Shown: one piece after another, positions 1 to 9,483 of the stretch
Position numbering within the stretch: the first letter of the stretch is position 1
How the letters are laid out: each line of letters begins with the position of its first letter
Origin: an uncultured Fidelibacterota bacterium
GTDB taxonomy: Bacteria; Fidelibacterota; UBA8477; JABMPR01
Direction: 5' to 3'
NCBI GenBank assembly: GCA_937888365.1
Contig: CALBFA010000073.1
Location: 44,686-108,685 of the forward strand
DNA length: 64,000 nucleotides
The notes under the pieces: model-generated
The model's input: the letters and a program-made list of their open reading frames with translations, nothing else
Databases searched by the model: none
Told to the model about the DNA's origin: nothing
Position numbers and translations under genes: made by a program

Positions 1-306
1 ACATTAACTTATAATCCAACTACCAGCATTGATGGCTCAAAACGCCCCATACAGATGTCATTTTCAGCCTACCCAAATCCTACAAACGACTTTATTTCAC
101 TCCAAATTCCCACCGAATACGCAGACGGTATTTCCACGATGAAGATTTACGATATTACTGGACGAAACGTCTTAGAAAAACAACATTCCATAAAAACAGG
201 ACAAAATGCGTATATAGATGTTAGTTCACTATCGTCAGGTATGTACTTTGTCTCTGTTCAACAAGGTAATCTAATAACTCAAACAAAAATACAGGTGGTA
301 AAATAA
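1..306 (+). CDS. T9SS type A sorting (C-terminal) domain protein, 5' part outside the window
   Basis: Frame is open from base 1. Sequence ...AYPNPTNDFISL...IYDITGRNV...IDVSSLSSGMYFV...TKIQVVK matches the Por secretion CTD pattern (YPNP, YDxxG, SGxYF, terminal K). Confidence 0.88.
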   Translation, partial: TLTYNPTTSIDGSKRPIQMSFSAYPNPTNDFISLQIPTEYADGISTMKIYDITGRNVLEKQHSIKTGQNAYIDVSSLSSGMYFVSVQQGNLITQTKIQVVK

Positions 307-881
307 TGAAAACATTAAGACGCATCAGTATCATTTTATTAGCATTATTTATTCTAAATTTCGCAGGAGATAAAGTTTTTCCACATTCTAAGATAAAGAC
401 AATGAAGGGTGAGACTATTTCTTCGGGGAAAATACTCAATCATAAATTGACATTGATTAATTTTTGGTCCACTTGGTGTGTACCCTGTAAAAAGGAAATG
501 AAATACCTTCAGGAACTTCATCAAAAATATGCTAAAGATGATTTCCAAGTCGTTGGTATTTCAATAGATGATTCAAAAACTGTTTCGCGCGTTCCATCTA
601 TTATAAAAAGCAAAAAATTAAGCTATCCAATTTTTTTAGATACGGATAAATCGCTTTATAGAAAATTTCATACTTCGTCCGTTCCATTTTCCGTACTCGT
701 TGATCAAAATGGAAATATTATTTGGGAGCATCAAGGCTATACGCCTGGAGATGAAAAATTGATGGAAAAACAAATTTTTGCGTTTTTAAATCAAAAGAAC
801 CACATAAAAGATTTGCCCAAAACAAAAACATTAAGAGAAAAACCACAAGACAAAGGTCGAATTCAAAAAGCAAACGGCTAA
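306..881 (+). CDS. TlpA/ResA-like thiol-disulfide oxidoreductase, exported
   Basis: N-terminal signal/TM segment; INFWSTWCVPC motif; SVP cis-Pro loop; start overlaps the upstream stop (TAATG). Confidence 0.9.
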   Translation: MKTLRRISIILLALFILNFAGDKVFPHSKIKTMKGETISSGKILNHKLTLINFWSTWCVPCKKEMKYLQELHQKYAKDDFQVVGISIDDSKTVSRVPSIIKSKKLSYPIFLDTDKSLYRKFHTSSVPFSVLVDQNGNIIWEHQGYTPGDEKLMEKQIFAFLNQKNHIKDLPKTKTLREKPQDKGRIQKANG

Positions 882-959
882 CTTCATAGGTTTTGAAAGC
901 GCAACCCCGTTTTTTTATTCAGAATATAGACGTTGAAATATTTGAAATATTGAGAATGA

Positions 960-2687
960 ATGAATTTTAAAATATCAAGACGTTTATTGTTCGTCTGGAT
1001 ACTATTCTTATCAGCGACACTAATCGCGCAATCCATTGAATATAGTTTAGGATTTCAATCAAGATTAGGTCGAGGTGACCAAATTGGAATTCCTTATGAC
1101 TATTCTGAAAGCTACTTAGATTTACAAGCATCTGCGAAGAATTGGACATTGATGACTCAGCTCGAGTGGAGTCAACCCCCTGAATATGGGCGTGAATTAA
1201 TTGGCATTCATCGCTTTTCTGTCGAGCGGTTTAAGGGCTCAGCATTATTTCAGTTGGGGCATTTAGCGCATATTTTTGGGTCTGGAATGAGCTTGAATTT
1301 ATATGAAGATCAAAACATCAATCTTGACAATATGCCATTGGGTTTAAAACTATCTTTTAGAACAAAAAATGACGCATTGATTACAGCTTTGGTGGGACGT
1401 AAAGACAATTTTCAATACTATGCGCCTGGGAGCAATAGTCGTGTTCCTGATGGAGATGTCTCATACGACATTGCAGGTATTGAACTTGAAAAGTCACTTT
1501 TTGATGGAGCGATTGGATTTCAACCTCGCTTGGTCTGGAGCAATTTTAAATCTGATATTCAGCACTTATCTCTCAATACGCCTGGGCAACTCATCCAAAA
1601 TCAAATACGCCAGCAAATGATGACGTGGGATATGGGCGTTTCAAGCGGATTCTATGGATTGAACTGGGACATAAAAATGGATGCATCATACCAAATGAAA
1701 CTGGCCGATGTTCCCTTTCTTAATCAAGAAATTCATTTTGATGCTCATGTCGCTTCAATCGTCAATACCTCATTGGATCAAAATTTTTCTGGAAAATCTG
1801 TATATTCTCGGTTCTCCTGGTACCCTGATTGGATGACAGCGAGTTTAGAATATAAATATTACGGATTGAATCAAACGTCTCCTAATGACCGTATTGATGT
1901 GTATCGCTTAGGTCTCCAACCCTTGCCTTTTCAAGTGGGTCCAACGGTCATTCGGCAACATGAATTAGCGCTCCTCGCATCCGTAACACATCCCGTTGAT
2001 TATGCGGACGAAATGGGTTTTTATGGCGAAATTATTATCCCTATGCAAAATTTTATATTAAGTATGGATGCCACTATTGCATCATGGACAACAAATTGGT
2101 CCAACGAATTTTATCAAGACAGTCGTTATTTCCCTTCCTTACATTCAACGTATCAACCCTTTTGGGAACTCCATTCTGAATTTGATTACAGTGGCGATTC
2201 CTTCACATCAAAATCAGGCATTGCGCTGACGGAATCAGCATTAAACGGAATTGATGTCGCCGAGATTACGCGTCATTTTACACTTGTCCCAACTTATTTT
2301 TCCTGGCACTTCAATGACACATACTCAATCGGTGGATTAATGGAGTATCAAAACTCTTCGGTTTTTTCATTGCCATTTGAAACTGATATTAGATCACATG
2401 GGCATGATTATGAGAGTTATCATTTTATTGCTTCTGTTGATATAATGTCCAAATATTCATTGGCTTATATTTCCGATTTTAGTTCGGATCCAGCGCTCTA
2501 TCAAGGTGATCGAACAGAAGGATTTCAATCGTGGAATAGTGTCGAAGTTTCTTCTCGCACCCTTGAAAATTTATCAATTAGGATGAGTTATGGCTCGGAA
2601 AAAGGAGGCGTTCGCTGCACAGGAGGTGTTTGCCGACTGATCAATCCTTTCGAAGGTTTTCGCATGATTATGGAGTATAGACTATGA
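960..2687 (+). CDS. DUF6029-like outer-membrane beta-barrel protein
   Basis: Signal peptide; amphipathic beta-strand pattern; FGSGMSL motif; C-terminal GGVRCTGGVCR..PFEGFR..EYRL; TlpA/Omp28 neighbours typical of this family. Confidence 0.75.
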   Translation: MNFKISRRLLFVWILFLSATLIAQSIEYSLGFQSRLGRGDQIGIPYDYSESYLDLQASAKNWTLMTQLEWSQPPEYGRELIGIHRFSVERFKGSALFQLGHLAHIFGSGMSLNLYEDQNINLDNMPLGLKLSFRTKNDALITALVGRKDNFQYYAPGSNSRVPDGDVSYDIAGIELEKSLFDGAIGFQPRLVWSNFKSDIQHLSLNTPGQLIQNQIRQQMMTWDMGVSSGFYGLNWDIKMDASYQMKLADVPFLNQEIHFDAHVASIVNTSLDQNFSGKSVYSRFSWYPDWMTASLEYKYYGLNQTSPNDRIDVYRLGLQPLPFQVGPTVIRQHELALLASVTHPVDYADEMGFYGEIIIPMQNFILSMDATIASWTTNWSNEFYQDSRYFPSLHSTYQPFWELHSEFDYSGDSFTSKSGIALTESALNGIDVAEITRHFTLVPTYFSWHFNDTYSIGGLMEYQNSSVFSLPFETDIRSHGHDYESYHFIASVDIMSKYSLAYISDFSSDPALYQGDRTEGFQSWNSVEVSSRTLENLSIRMSYGSEKGGVRCTGGVCRLINPFEGFRMIMEYRL

Positions 2688-3898
2688 AATATTTTCTAAT
2701 GATTTTTAGTCTTATTTTATTGATGAGCTGTGACGTTTGGGAAAATTGGTCATTACCAAATTCAACAATTAGCTCCCATATCATCATTCAAAAGAATAAA
2801 GAGACCATAATTACACTTCAAGAGGTTTTCAAATTAGAGAATCAAGTTCTACAAATAAATAATATTGATGCCTCTGACACTTCGCTCTTAGCTATTACTG
2901 AAGGGCAGAATGATACCCTTATTTTATGGGGTAAAGATATTGGTAGTGCCACTATTTCAGCGACATTTGAATCAGAGTATTATTATGATGCACTTCTCAA
3001 TATTGAGATAACAGATGGCTATCCCGTCGATACGAAAATGGGTGAAACGTCTATCATCAACTTGAGCAATATTTTTAATATTGATAGCACTGGATTTGAT
3101 TCAATTGCTGTTTTGAGTCCTTCAAGTGACGTTGCAACTATAAATCTATTATCAAATGGACGCATTGAAATATATGGCGTATGGCCCGGAGAACTTCAAA
3201 GTCAAATTGAATTATATTTTGCGGGAAATTTGGTTGAAATTGGCTTACTCGCCATCAACGTTACCAACCCATTACGTGCACTGGTTGAGTTATTTACGAA
3301 TTCAGGGTGCATTAATTGTCCTGTCGCAAATGAATTCCTTGATGATAAATTAGTAATGCATGATGAATACATGTCTATTATACGTTACCATGCTTATTGG
3401 CCTGAATTTGGTGATATTATGTATCATTATAATACACCCGTCAATCAAGCTCGCTTAGACTTCTATATGGTTCCTCTAACACCGTATCTTGTAGTGAATG
3501 GAAATATTATTGGTGAATGGAACGAAGCGGATTGGGAACAGTCATTGCAAGAATCTTATGAAATAGAATCTCCTTTGTATCTCAATCTAGGAGCAAATAT
3601 AATAAGTGATTCCTTAATTGCAGTTCTTGATGTTATTGAAGTTGAAAATATTACGGAAGTCCTTACGCTAAGCTTCGTTTTGATTGAAGATTCTATTGAG
3701 TATGCCGGAACAAATGGTGAAATATTGCATCAACAAGTGATGCGAAAAAAAATTGATTATGCGTTAGCAGACATCGAAAACGGATCTTGGCGTGCCAGTT
3801 TCTTTTTAGATGATGTCTTAGTTCGTGAGCATTTATCGGTAGTGGCCTATGTACAGAACAACACAAAGGTCGTTTATCAATCCACGGTTATTAGATAA
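2684..3898 (+). CDS. Omp28-related outer-membrane lipoprotein with thioredoxin-like CxxC domain
   Basis: Lipobox LLMSC; LVELFTNSGCINCP; YH motif; TP..VNG; LIED...HQQVMR; VVAYVQN. Confidence 0.82.
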   Translation: MKYFLMIFSLILLMSCDVWENWSLPNSTISSHIIIQKNKETIITLQEVFKLENQVLQINNIDASDTSLLAITEGQNDTLILWGKDIGSATISATFESEYYYDALLNIEITDGYPVDTKMGETSIINLSNIFNIDSTGFDSIAVLSPSSDVATINLLSNGRIEIYGVWPGELQSQIELYFAGNLVEIGLLAINVTNPLRALVELFTNSGCINCPVANEFLDDKLVMHDEYMSIIRYHAYWPEFGDIMYHYNTPVNQARLDFYMVPLTPYLVVNGNIIGEWNEADWEQSLQESYEIESPLYLNLGANIISDSLIAVLDVIEVENITEVLTLSFVLIEDSIEYAGTNGEILHQQVMRKKIDYALADIENGSWRASFFLDDVLVREHLSVVAYVQNNTKVVYQSTVIR

Positions 3899-3929
3899 TA
3901 ATTACGACATAAATAGTTAAAAATTTAGA

Positions 3930-3962
3930 TTCAAAAAGGCTCCTCAAAGGAGCCTTTTTGAA
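3930..3962. terminator. Bidirectional rho-independent terminator
   Basis: TTCAAAAAGGCTCCT-CAA-AGGAGCCTTTTTGAA, a perfect 15-bp stem between convergent operons. Confidence 0.85.
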
Positions 3963-3982
3963 AGAGGACGAAACAGCATTTT

Positions 3983-4606
3983 TTAACACCCACCAGCGGG
4001 TGCTTTCTTTGCCTTTTTACGTTTGATTACGGGTTTGTTTGTGTTCGTTGCAGGGGCCGTTGCTTGGATTTCTGCACCACCGCCACCGAAATATTCACTG
4101 GCTCCTTTTTTGAAATCGTATTTCGCGATTTCTTCATCAGAACTATAAATGGACGGTGCCTTTGGGCTAAGAATCGATTCAAACCAATAATTTAAGCCAC
4201 CTTGAAGAACATAATTATTTTCATAGCCTAATTGACGTAAAACCATCCAAGCTTGATGAGAATACATGGTTCCATTAGAATAAAATACATTCATTTTGAC
4301 ACCCTGATCTAAAATGTCAACGTAGTCGTCATTTAGAATATCAGCGATAGGAATATTAAATGCGTTGGTCAAATGGTACGTAGCGAATTCATCGGGAGAG
4401 CGAACATCAATAATTTGAATGGATGGATCTTTCGTGATAATCCAATGGGCCAAATCTTCAGGCGAAATAATTTCGGATCCGTCTCTAACCTCAGTTATCA
4501 TATCAGAAGCCGTGAGTTTATACCGTTTGGTCGTATTTTCGGGTACCATAGCAATGACGACACCCAACAATAAAGTAACAGCTAATGTCAATATACGTGC
4601 ATTCAT
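3983..4606 (-). CDS. Membrane-anchored rhodanese-like protein with C-terminal GGC tail
   Basis: IIDVRSPDEF..YHL.NAFNIP and LGY.N.YVLQGGLNYW motifs. Start moved to the ATG at 4606 (MNARIL, signal/TM) just after the upstream stop. Active-site loop reads VFYSNG. Confidence 0.82.
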   Translation of the reverse strand: MNARILTLAVTLLLGVVIAMVPENTTKRYKLTASDMITEVRDGSEIISPEDLAHWIITKDPSIQIIDVRSPDEFATYHLTNAFNIPIADILNDDYVDILDQGVKMNVFYSNGTMYSHQAWMVLRQLGYENNYVLQGGLNYWFESILSPKAPSIYSSDEEIAKYDFKKGASEYFGGGGAEIQATAPATNTNKPVIKRKKAKKAPAGGC

Positions 4607-4607
4607 T

Positions 4608-5198
4608 TTAATACTCCTCTCTAGTGAATTTCTTCTCGGCCCATTCGCCAATCCAAAACATGATTCCAGCAGCAATAATGACGAGTAAAGCCATCACACC
4701 ACCCGAAACACCCAGTATTTCGCTGATTTTGGGATTCCCTAAATTACCAGAATTATAAAATTCTTTCCAAAGAGGATAACCTTCTCCGAAAACAAAGATG
4801 CCAATAACGACGCCTGCGAGAAATATCATTGCATCAATTTTACCGATGGCAGCAGCGCAAACACTGGTGCCAGGACAGAAACCGCCAATAATAAAGCCAG
4901 CCCCCATAATGACGCCGCCACCTATTGCAGACCAAATAAAAGTTGGGTTAACATAGACGAGGTTTAAATCAATCCATCCGAAAAGACTAAAATATAGAAG
5001 CCCAAGCATGGCGGTGACAGCTGCGGTGAAGAAAACTTTTAAAACGACCGTATCATATCCATAAAATAATCCGGCCAATTTTCGGCTTGACGAAAATCCA
5101 GCTTGTTCTAATGCAAAACCAAATCCGATACCAATAATAAACGCAATGAGCATATTCCAATCTTGCCCAATGATTTCTTGTGGAACTAAAGGACCCAT
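4608..5198 (-). CDS. YeeE/YedE family sulfur-compound transporter subunit
   Basis: Hydrophobic; GFGFALEQAGF and GFIIGGFCPGTS motifs. Confidence 0.88.
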   Translation of the reverse strand: MGPLVPQEIIGQDWNMLIAFIIGIGFGFALEQAGFSSSRKLAGLFYGYDTVVLKVFFTAAVTAMLGLLYFSLFGWIDLNLVYVNPTFIWSAIGGGVIMGAGFIIGGFCPGTSVCAAAIGKIDAMIFLAGVVIGIFVFGEGYPLWKEFYNSGNLGNPKISEILGVSGGVMALLVIIAAGIMFWIGEWAEKKFTREEY

Positions 5199-5207
5199 GA
5201 TTGCCTC

Positions 5208-5717
5208 CTAAATCCAATTTTTTCTAAAAGTGTAAGCTAAGCCAAAAGCTGTTCCAAAAATGGCAGCCATGGTTATAAAGCCGCCAAGAGATAGTACCGC
5301 CATTCCTGTAAGTGCGGAACCACTCGTACAGCCTCGACCCAACTGTGAACCAAAACCAAAAAGAACACCGCCAATTAAAGCCATGGTAAGTCTCTTATTC
5401 GCTGTTATTTTTGGAAAATGTTCAACTTTGATTTTAAGACGACCTGAAAGTGCACCCGAGATAAAACCGCCAACTAAAACGCCCAAAATTTCAAAAGAAA
5501 GCCAAGAGTTTAGAGGGTTTTTACCATCGGCGACGTACTTGCCAAAATAGCCGTTTGTTTCAACATGTTCTGCAGCTACAATATGCTCAGAAGCTACTAA
5601 AAGATTTTTAAACGCTCCACTTGCTCCTAGACCGCGTCCGGAAAAGAAAAAAGCCATGAGCAAAACCAAGCCAAGCATCAAGCCAGCTAGGTAGGGATTC
5701 ATATACTTTGTTTTCAT
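5208..5717 (-). CDS. YeeE/YedE family sulfur-compound transporter subunit
   Basis: NPYLAG, GLGASG and GGVLFGFGSQLGRGCTSG motifs. Confidence 0.88.
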   Translation of the reverse strand: MKTKYMNPYLAGLMLGLVLLMAFFFSGRGLGASGAFKNLLVASEHIVAAEHVETNGYFGKYVADGKNPLNSWLSFEILGVLVGGFISGALSGRLKIKVEHFPKITANKRLTMALIGGVLFGFGSQLGRGCTSGSALTGMAVLSLGGFITMAAIFGTAFGLAYTFRKNWI

Positions 5718-5752
5718 CAGTTATTCCTTTATTTAATTAATATTGGCATTTA

Positions 5753-6694
5753 TCAATACAACCAACGACTTGCTTGGCCCGCTGAAACAACGATGAAGCG
5801 CAACATGAGATTTCCCATAACGATTAAAACGACAGGGACAATGGCTGGTATAAATTTTTTCCGCAATTCCATTAATTCGAGTCCACCAGGTAGAATGAGT
5901 CCCATTGCAACGACAAGAACCCAAAAGGGGACCGTATAACTTCCGCCGAGGAACATATGAGCGGCTTCAATATGAACAGCAGTACTTGCCAATAATCCCA
6001 TAAATAAGTGGACGATTAAAAAAAATTCGGTGACGATTAAAAATAAGTCAATCTTGATAAAATGTTTTTTCTCTTCATGAGATTTGGCGAAATAAGCCGT
6101 TAAAGCGGCGGCAGCAGACAATCCTGAAATTAAAAATAAAGGGCCGAGGATTGATGTGTTCCAAAAGGGTCGTGCATTAAACGCCGAGAGCAAAATCCCC
6201 GTGTACATTCCCAATGTAGTGGCTAAAGCTATCAAACCGTAAGCCATGCTTTTTTCGTATTTTTTTAAGACATCAATTAAATCATAAATGAGTTGATATT
6301 TTAAGTCGAGTTTTGGGAACATATCCGGTAGCCATCGCAATATCCAAGCTATGGAAAGCGGTGTTATAAATAAAAGTGTCCAAGCGCCCCAAGACATCGG
6401 AGACTCCCATCGGATATTGGTGTAGAGTTGCCAGAAATAGAGTTTATGAGACAAATCAAACAACAATGCCAGTAAGCCAATACCAATAAGTACTGGAACC
6501 GCTAAAGGCATCCACATGACGGAAACAGGATATTTTTTAGCTTTCCCTTGTATCGAAAGCAAGGCTGCAAAAAAAAGTAAACCTGCAGAAATTCCGCCTA
6601 AAAAAAGGTAAAGTGGAATTTCCCAACCCCACGCGTGTAAGACGGGATCAATCCCTGGATTCATCCGCCCGCTGGTAATAATTTCTTCAATCAT
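5753..6694 (-). CDS. psrC: Polysulfide reductase membrane anchor (NrfD/PsrC family)
   Basis: WGWEIPLYLFLGGISAG, SPMSWGAW, YTGILL...RPFWN; about 8 TM helices; follows the 4Fe-4S subunit. Confidence 0.85.
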   Translation of the reverse strand: MIEEIITSGRMNPGIDPVLHAWGWEIPLYLFLGGISAGLLFFAALLSIQGKAKKYPVSVMWMPLAVPVLIGIGLLALLFDLSHKLYFWQLYTNIRWESPMSWGAWTLLFITPLSIAWILRWLPDMFPKLDLKYQLIYDLIDVLKKYEKSMAYGLIALATTLGMYTGILLSAFNARPFWNTSILGPLFLISGLSAAAALTAYFAKSHEEKKHFIKIDLFLIVTEFFLIVHLFMGLLASTAVHIEAAHMFLGGSYTVPFWVLVVAMGLILPGGLELMELRKKFIPAIVPVVLIVMGNLMLRFIVVSAGQASRWLY

Positions 6695-6706
6695 AGCAGA
6701 TTCCCT

Positions 6707-7240
6707 TTATGTTAAGTAATAAACTTTGGGTTTTGTGCCGGCTTCTGGAATGAGGGTTTTCCATTTCCGTCGTGCGATTGTTTTACTAATTTCGCTATTG
6801 GGGTCGTCAATATCACCAAAAATCATGGCATGCGTTGGGCAAACGGACACGCAGGATGGCTTTTGCCCTAGCTCCACCCGATGGAAACAGAATGTGCATT
6901 TATCAACGTATCCTTCGGGATGTACATATCGTGCGTCATAGGGACATGACGTAATACAAGCTTTGCACCCGATACATTCATCTTCATCGACAAGAACAAT
7001 TCCGCCTTCGACTTTATGGCTCGCTTCCGTTGGGCAGGTTCGAACGCAAGGCGCATCTTCGCAATGATTGCACCGTTCGGATCGAATTTCCATGGCGAGT
7101 TGAGGATAGGTTCCCGTCGTAACTTCCACGATCCAATCACGGCAATATCCAATTGGGACATTGTTTTCAGTTTGGCAGGCGACAACACAGTCATTACATC
7201 CGACACATCTTATGGTATCAATGGCCATTGCGTATCTCAT
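6707..7240 (-). CDS. psrB: Polysulfide reductase Fe-S subunit (4Fe-4S dicluster, NrfC/PsrB)
   Basis: CVGCNDCVVAC, CNHCEDAPCVRTCP, CIGCKACITSCP, CTFC...CVSVCP. Confidence 0.88.
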   Translation of the reverse strand: MRYAMAIDTIRCVGCNDCVVACQTENNVPIGYCRDWIVEVTTGTYPQLAMEIRSERCNHCEDAPCVRTCPTEASHKVEGGIVLVDEDECIGCKACITSCPYDARYVHPEGYVDKCTFCFHRVELGQKPSCVSVCPTHAMIFGDIDDPNSEISKTIARRKWKTLIPEAGTKPKVYYLT

Positions 7241-9483
7241 GATGCCACCTCCTCTTTGCCTTCAAATCGAAAGGTTACGAAATTGCCTCGCATTCCTGTG
7301 CCGCCCATTATTGGGTCAATATGTACGCGTGTAATGAGGTCTGAATCGCTGGCTCCTTTTCCGAACGCTCGTTTCAGCCGTTTATCCGTATGTCCAAATC
7401 CATGCACCATATAAACGGAATCAAAACGAATCCTTTCCGTAACGCGCACTTTGATTGGTGTGTCAGAGACAACGCCATCTTGATTCTCAAGCCATATTTT
7501 TTGGTCGTTTTTCAATCCCCATTCTTTCGCAACTTTTGGATTTACCCAGACAGAGTTTTCGTCCATTAAATCATTCAAGTTCGGATTGTTGGATGTGCGA
7601 CTAAAGGTATGCATGGGAGCGCGACCGTAAATGAGTCGATAAAATCCAGATTGAGGTTCTTCATGTGCTGTGTATTGCGGCATTGGATCAAAGCCTTCTT
7701 CTTCAAGAGAAGTCGAATATAGCTCAATTTTACCAGTATTTGTATTGAACTCAAAATCCTCCAAGCCCGTCATGGGATACATGTCGTCTTCTTCGCGTAC
7801 AAATTTTTTGACGCCGATTTGCTTCATTTCTTCGAGGGACGAACCGACTTGTTTTAGTTGCCAATCCAATAGTTCGGACACATCCTCATAAGGGAAGTAA
7901 TCTTTAAGTCCTAATCGATTGGCCAATTGTTTCGCCATCCACCATGCTGGTTTTGTATCAAATTTGGGTTCAGCAGCAGGCATTCTCAATGCGATATTGG
8001 GTTCTCGATTTTGAGAAACGCGAATCATGTCGTAGCGCTCTAAATACGTACATTCAGGTAAAACAACATCAGCGTAGCCCGTAATTTCCATCGGCATGGT
8101 ATCAACAACAACCATTAGCTCTAAAGCATTGATAGCAGCCAAAGTCTTTTCACGCTCTGGAAGCGTATGAATAAGATTCGTCCCATTGACAATCCATCCT
8201 TTTAGAGATGCGGGTTTTTCTAGTGTTGGAGTTGACGCATCAACGAATCCATTGGCAAGAGACAAGCCAGCCAAGTTATACTTTCCGTTTAAGTCATCAC
8301 GCCAGGTGCGCTTTAATTTGGGATATTTAGGGTGTGGATATTTGGGTAATTTTGCTTTTACAGGATAATAAAACCCCCCTCGTTGTCCCCATGAACCGAG
8401 GAGCGCATTTAAAATAGCAACAGCTCTAAGTCGTTGAGTGTCATCACCATACCATGTAACATGACGTCCTGGATGAACAATGACAGCCGGTGCTGCATTG
8501 GCCATTTCTTTTGCTGTTTTACGAATAACATCAGGCTTTATAGTTGTGATGCCATAAGCCCATTCGGGTGTCATAGTTTTAACATGCTCTTTAAGTTGAT
8601 CAAAACCGTAAGCATATTTTTCGACATATTTCTTGTTATAAAGTTCATCATAAATAAGTACGTGAATCCACGATAGGAGCAACGCAATATCGGTGGCAGG
8701 TTTAATAGGCAACCAATGTTTTGATTTACCAGCCACAATTGAAAAACGAGGATCAACCGTAATGATTGTTGCACCTTTTCCATTGGCTTCGGACAATTCT
8801 TGTACTTGACCATTATGCATATTTTCGCCTAAATGCGAGCCTATAAGAACAAGACATTTTGTATCGCGAATGTCAGTGCGCTCCGGTGAACTGATGCCTT
8901 CACCGTAAGTTGCAAAAAATGCGACTTCGCGAGGTCCGCGACATTGTGCATACGAAGGTGCGGTAATGCTATCTGATCCATAGGATTTCATGAGGTGACC
9001 TAAAAAATCGCCACCACTGCCATGTGAAAAAAGCGCCATTGACTCTGAACCGTATTCGGTGCGAATATGATTCATTTTATTGCCAATGAAATCAAAGGCC
9101 TCATCCCAGGTTGCTTGTTTGTATTTCTGAATGCCATTTTCAGTGACACGAAGGAGTGGCGTTTTGAGACGATCGTCGTCATAATACATACCGACACCTC
9201 CAGTGCCTCGCGGACAAAAACGACCATTTGAATGGGGATCATCATCATTGCCTGTAATTTTCCAAATATCACCGTCGGCATTTGTATGGACCCAACCAGC
9301 GCATTTCCAAAAACAGATTTCGCAATAGGTTGGCGTTCGTTTTGAGTAAAGTCCGGGTAATTTATCAGGTGCTAAAATTGCACCTTTTAATGAATCAAAA
9401 ATAGGGTTCGCGATGGCTAAACCGCCCATTCCCATTCCCGCGATTCGAATAAATTCCCGCCTTGTTAATTGTTTTTCGCTCAT
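7237..9483 (-). CDS. psrA: Molybdopterin oxidoreductase catalytic subunit, polysulfide/thiosulfate reductase (PsrA/PhsA)
   Basis: Start moved to the ATG at 9483 (ATGA overlap with merR). Tat signal TRREFIR; CEICFWKC...CPRG cluster; YAQCRG Mo-ligand Cys; ADVVLP..TYLER; C-terminal molydop-binding domain. Confidence 0.85.
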   Translation of the reverse strand: MSEKQLTRREFIRIAGMGMGGLAIANPIFDSLKGAILAPDKLPGLYSKRTPTYCEICFWKCAGWVHTNADGDIWKITGNDDDPHSNGRFCPRGTGGVGMYYDDDRLKTPLLRVTENGIQKYKQATWDEAFDFIGNKMNHIRTEYGSESMALFSHGSGGDFLGHLMKSYGSDSITAPSYAQCRGPREVAFFATYGEGISSPERTDIRDTKCLVLIGSHLGENMHNGQVQELSEANGKGATIITVDPRFSIVAGKSKHWLPIKPATDIALLLSWIHVLIYDELYNKKYVEKYAYGFDQLKEHVKTMTPEWAYGITTIKPDVIRKTAKEMANAAPAVIVHPGRHVTWYGDDTQRLRAVAILNALLGSWGQRGGFYYPVKAKLPKYPHPKYPKLKRTWRDDLNGKYNLAGLSLANGFVDASTPTLEKPASLKGWIVNGTNLIHTLPEREKTLAAINALELMVVVDTMPMEITGYADVVLPECTYLERYDMIRVSQNREPNIALRMPAAEPKFDTKPAWWMAKQLANRLGLKDYFPYEDVSELLDWQLKQVGSSLEEMKQIGVKKFVREEDDMYPMTGLEDFEFNTNTGKIELYSTSLEEEGFDPMPQYTAHEEPQSGFYRLIYGRAPMHTFSRTSNNPNLNDLMDENSVWVNPKVAKEWGLKNDQKIWLENQDGVVSDTPIKVRVTERIRFDSVYMVHGFGHTDKRLKRAFGKGASDSDLITRVHIDPIMGGTGMRGNFVTFRFEGKEEVAS

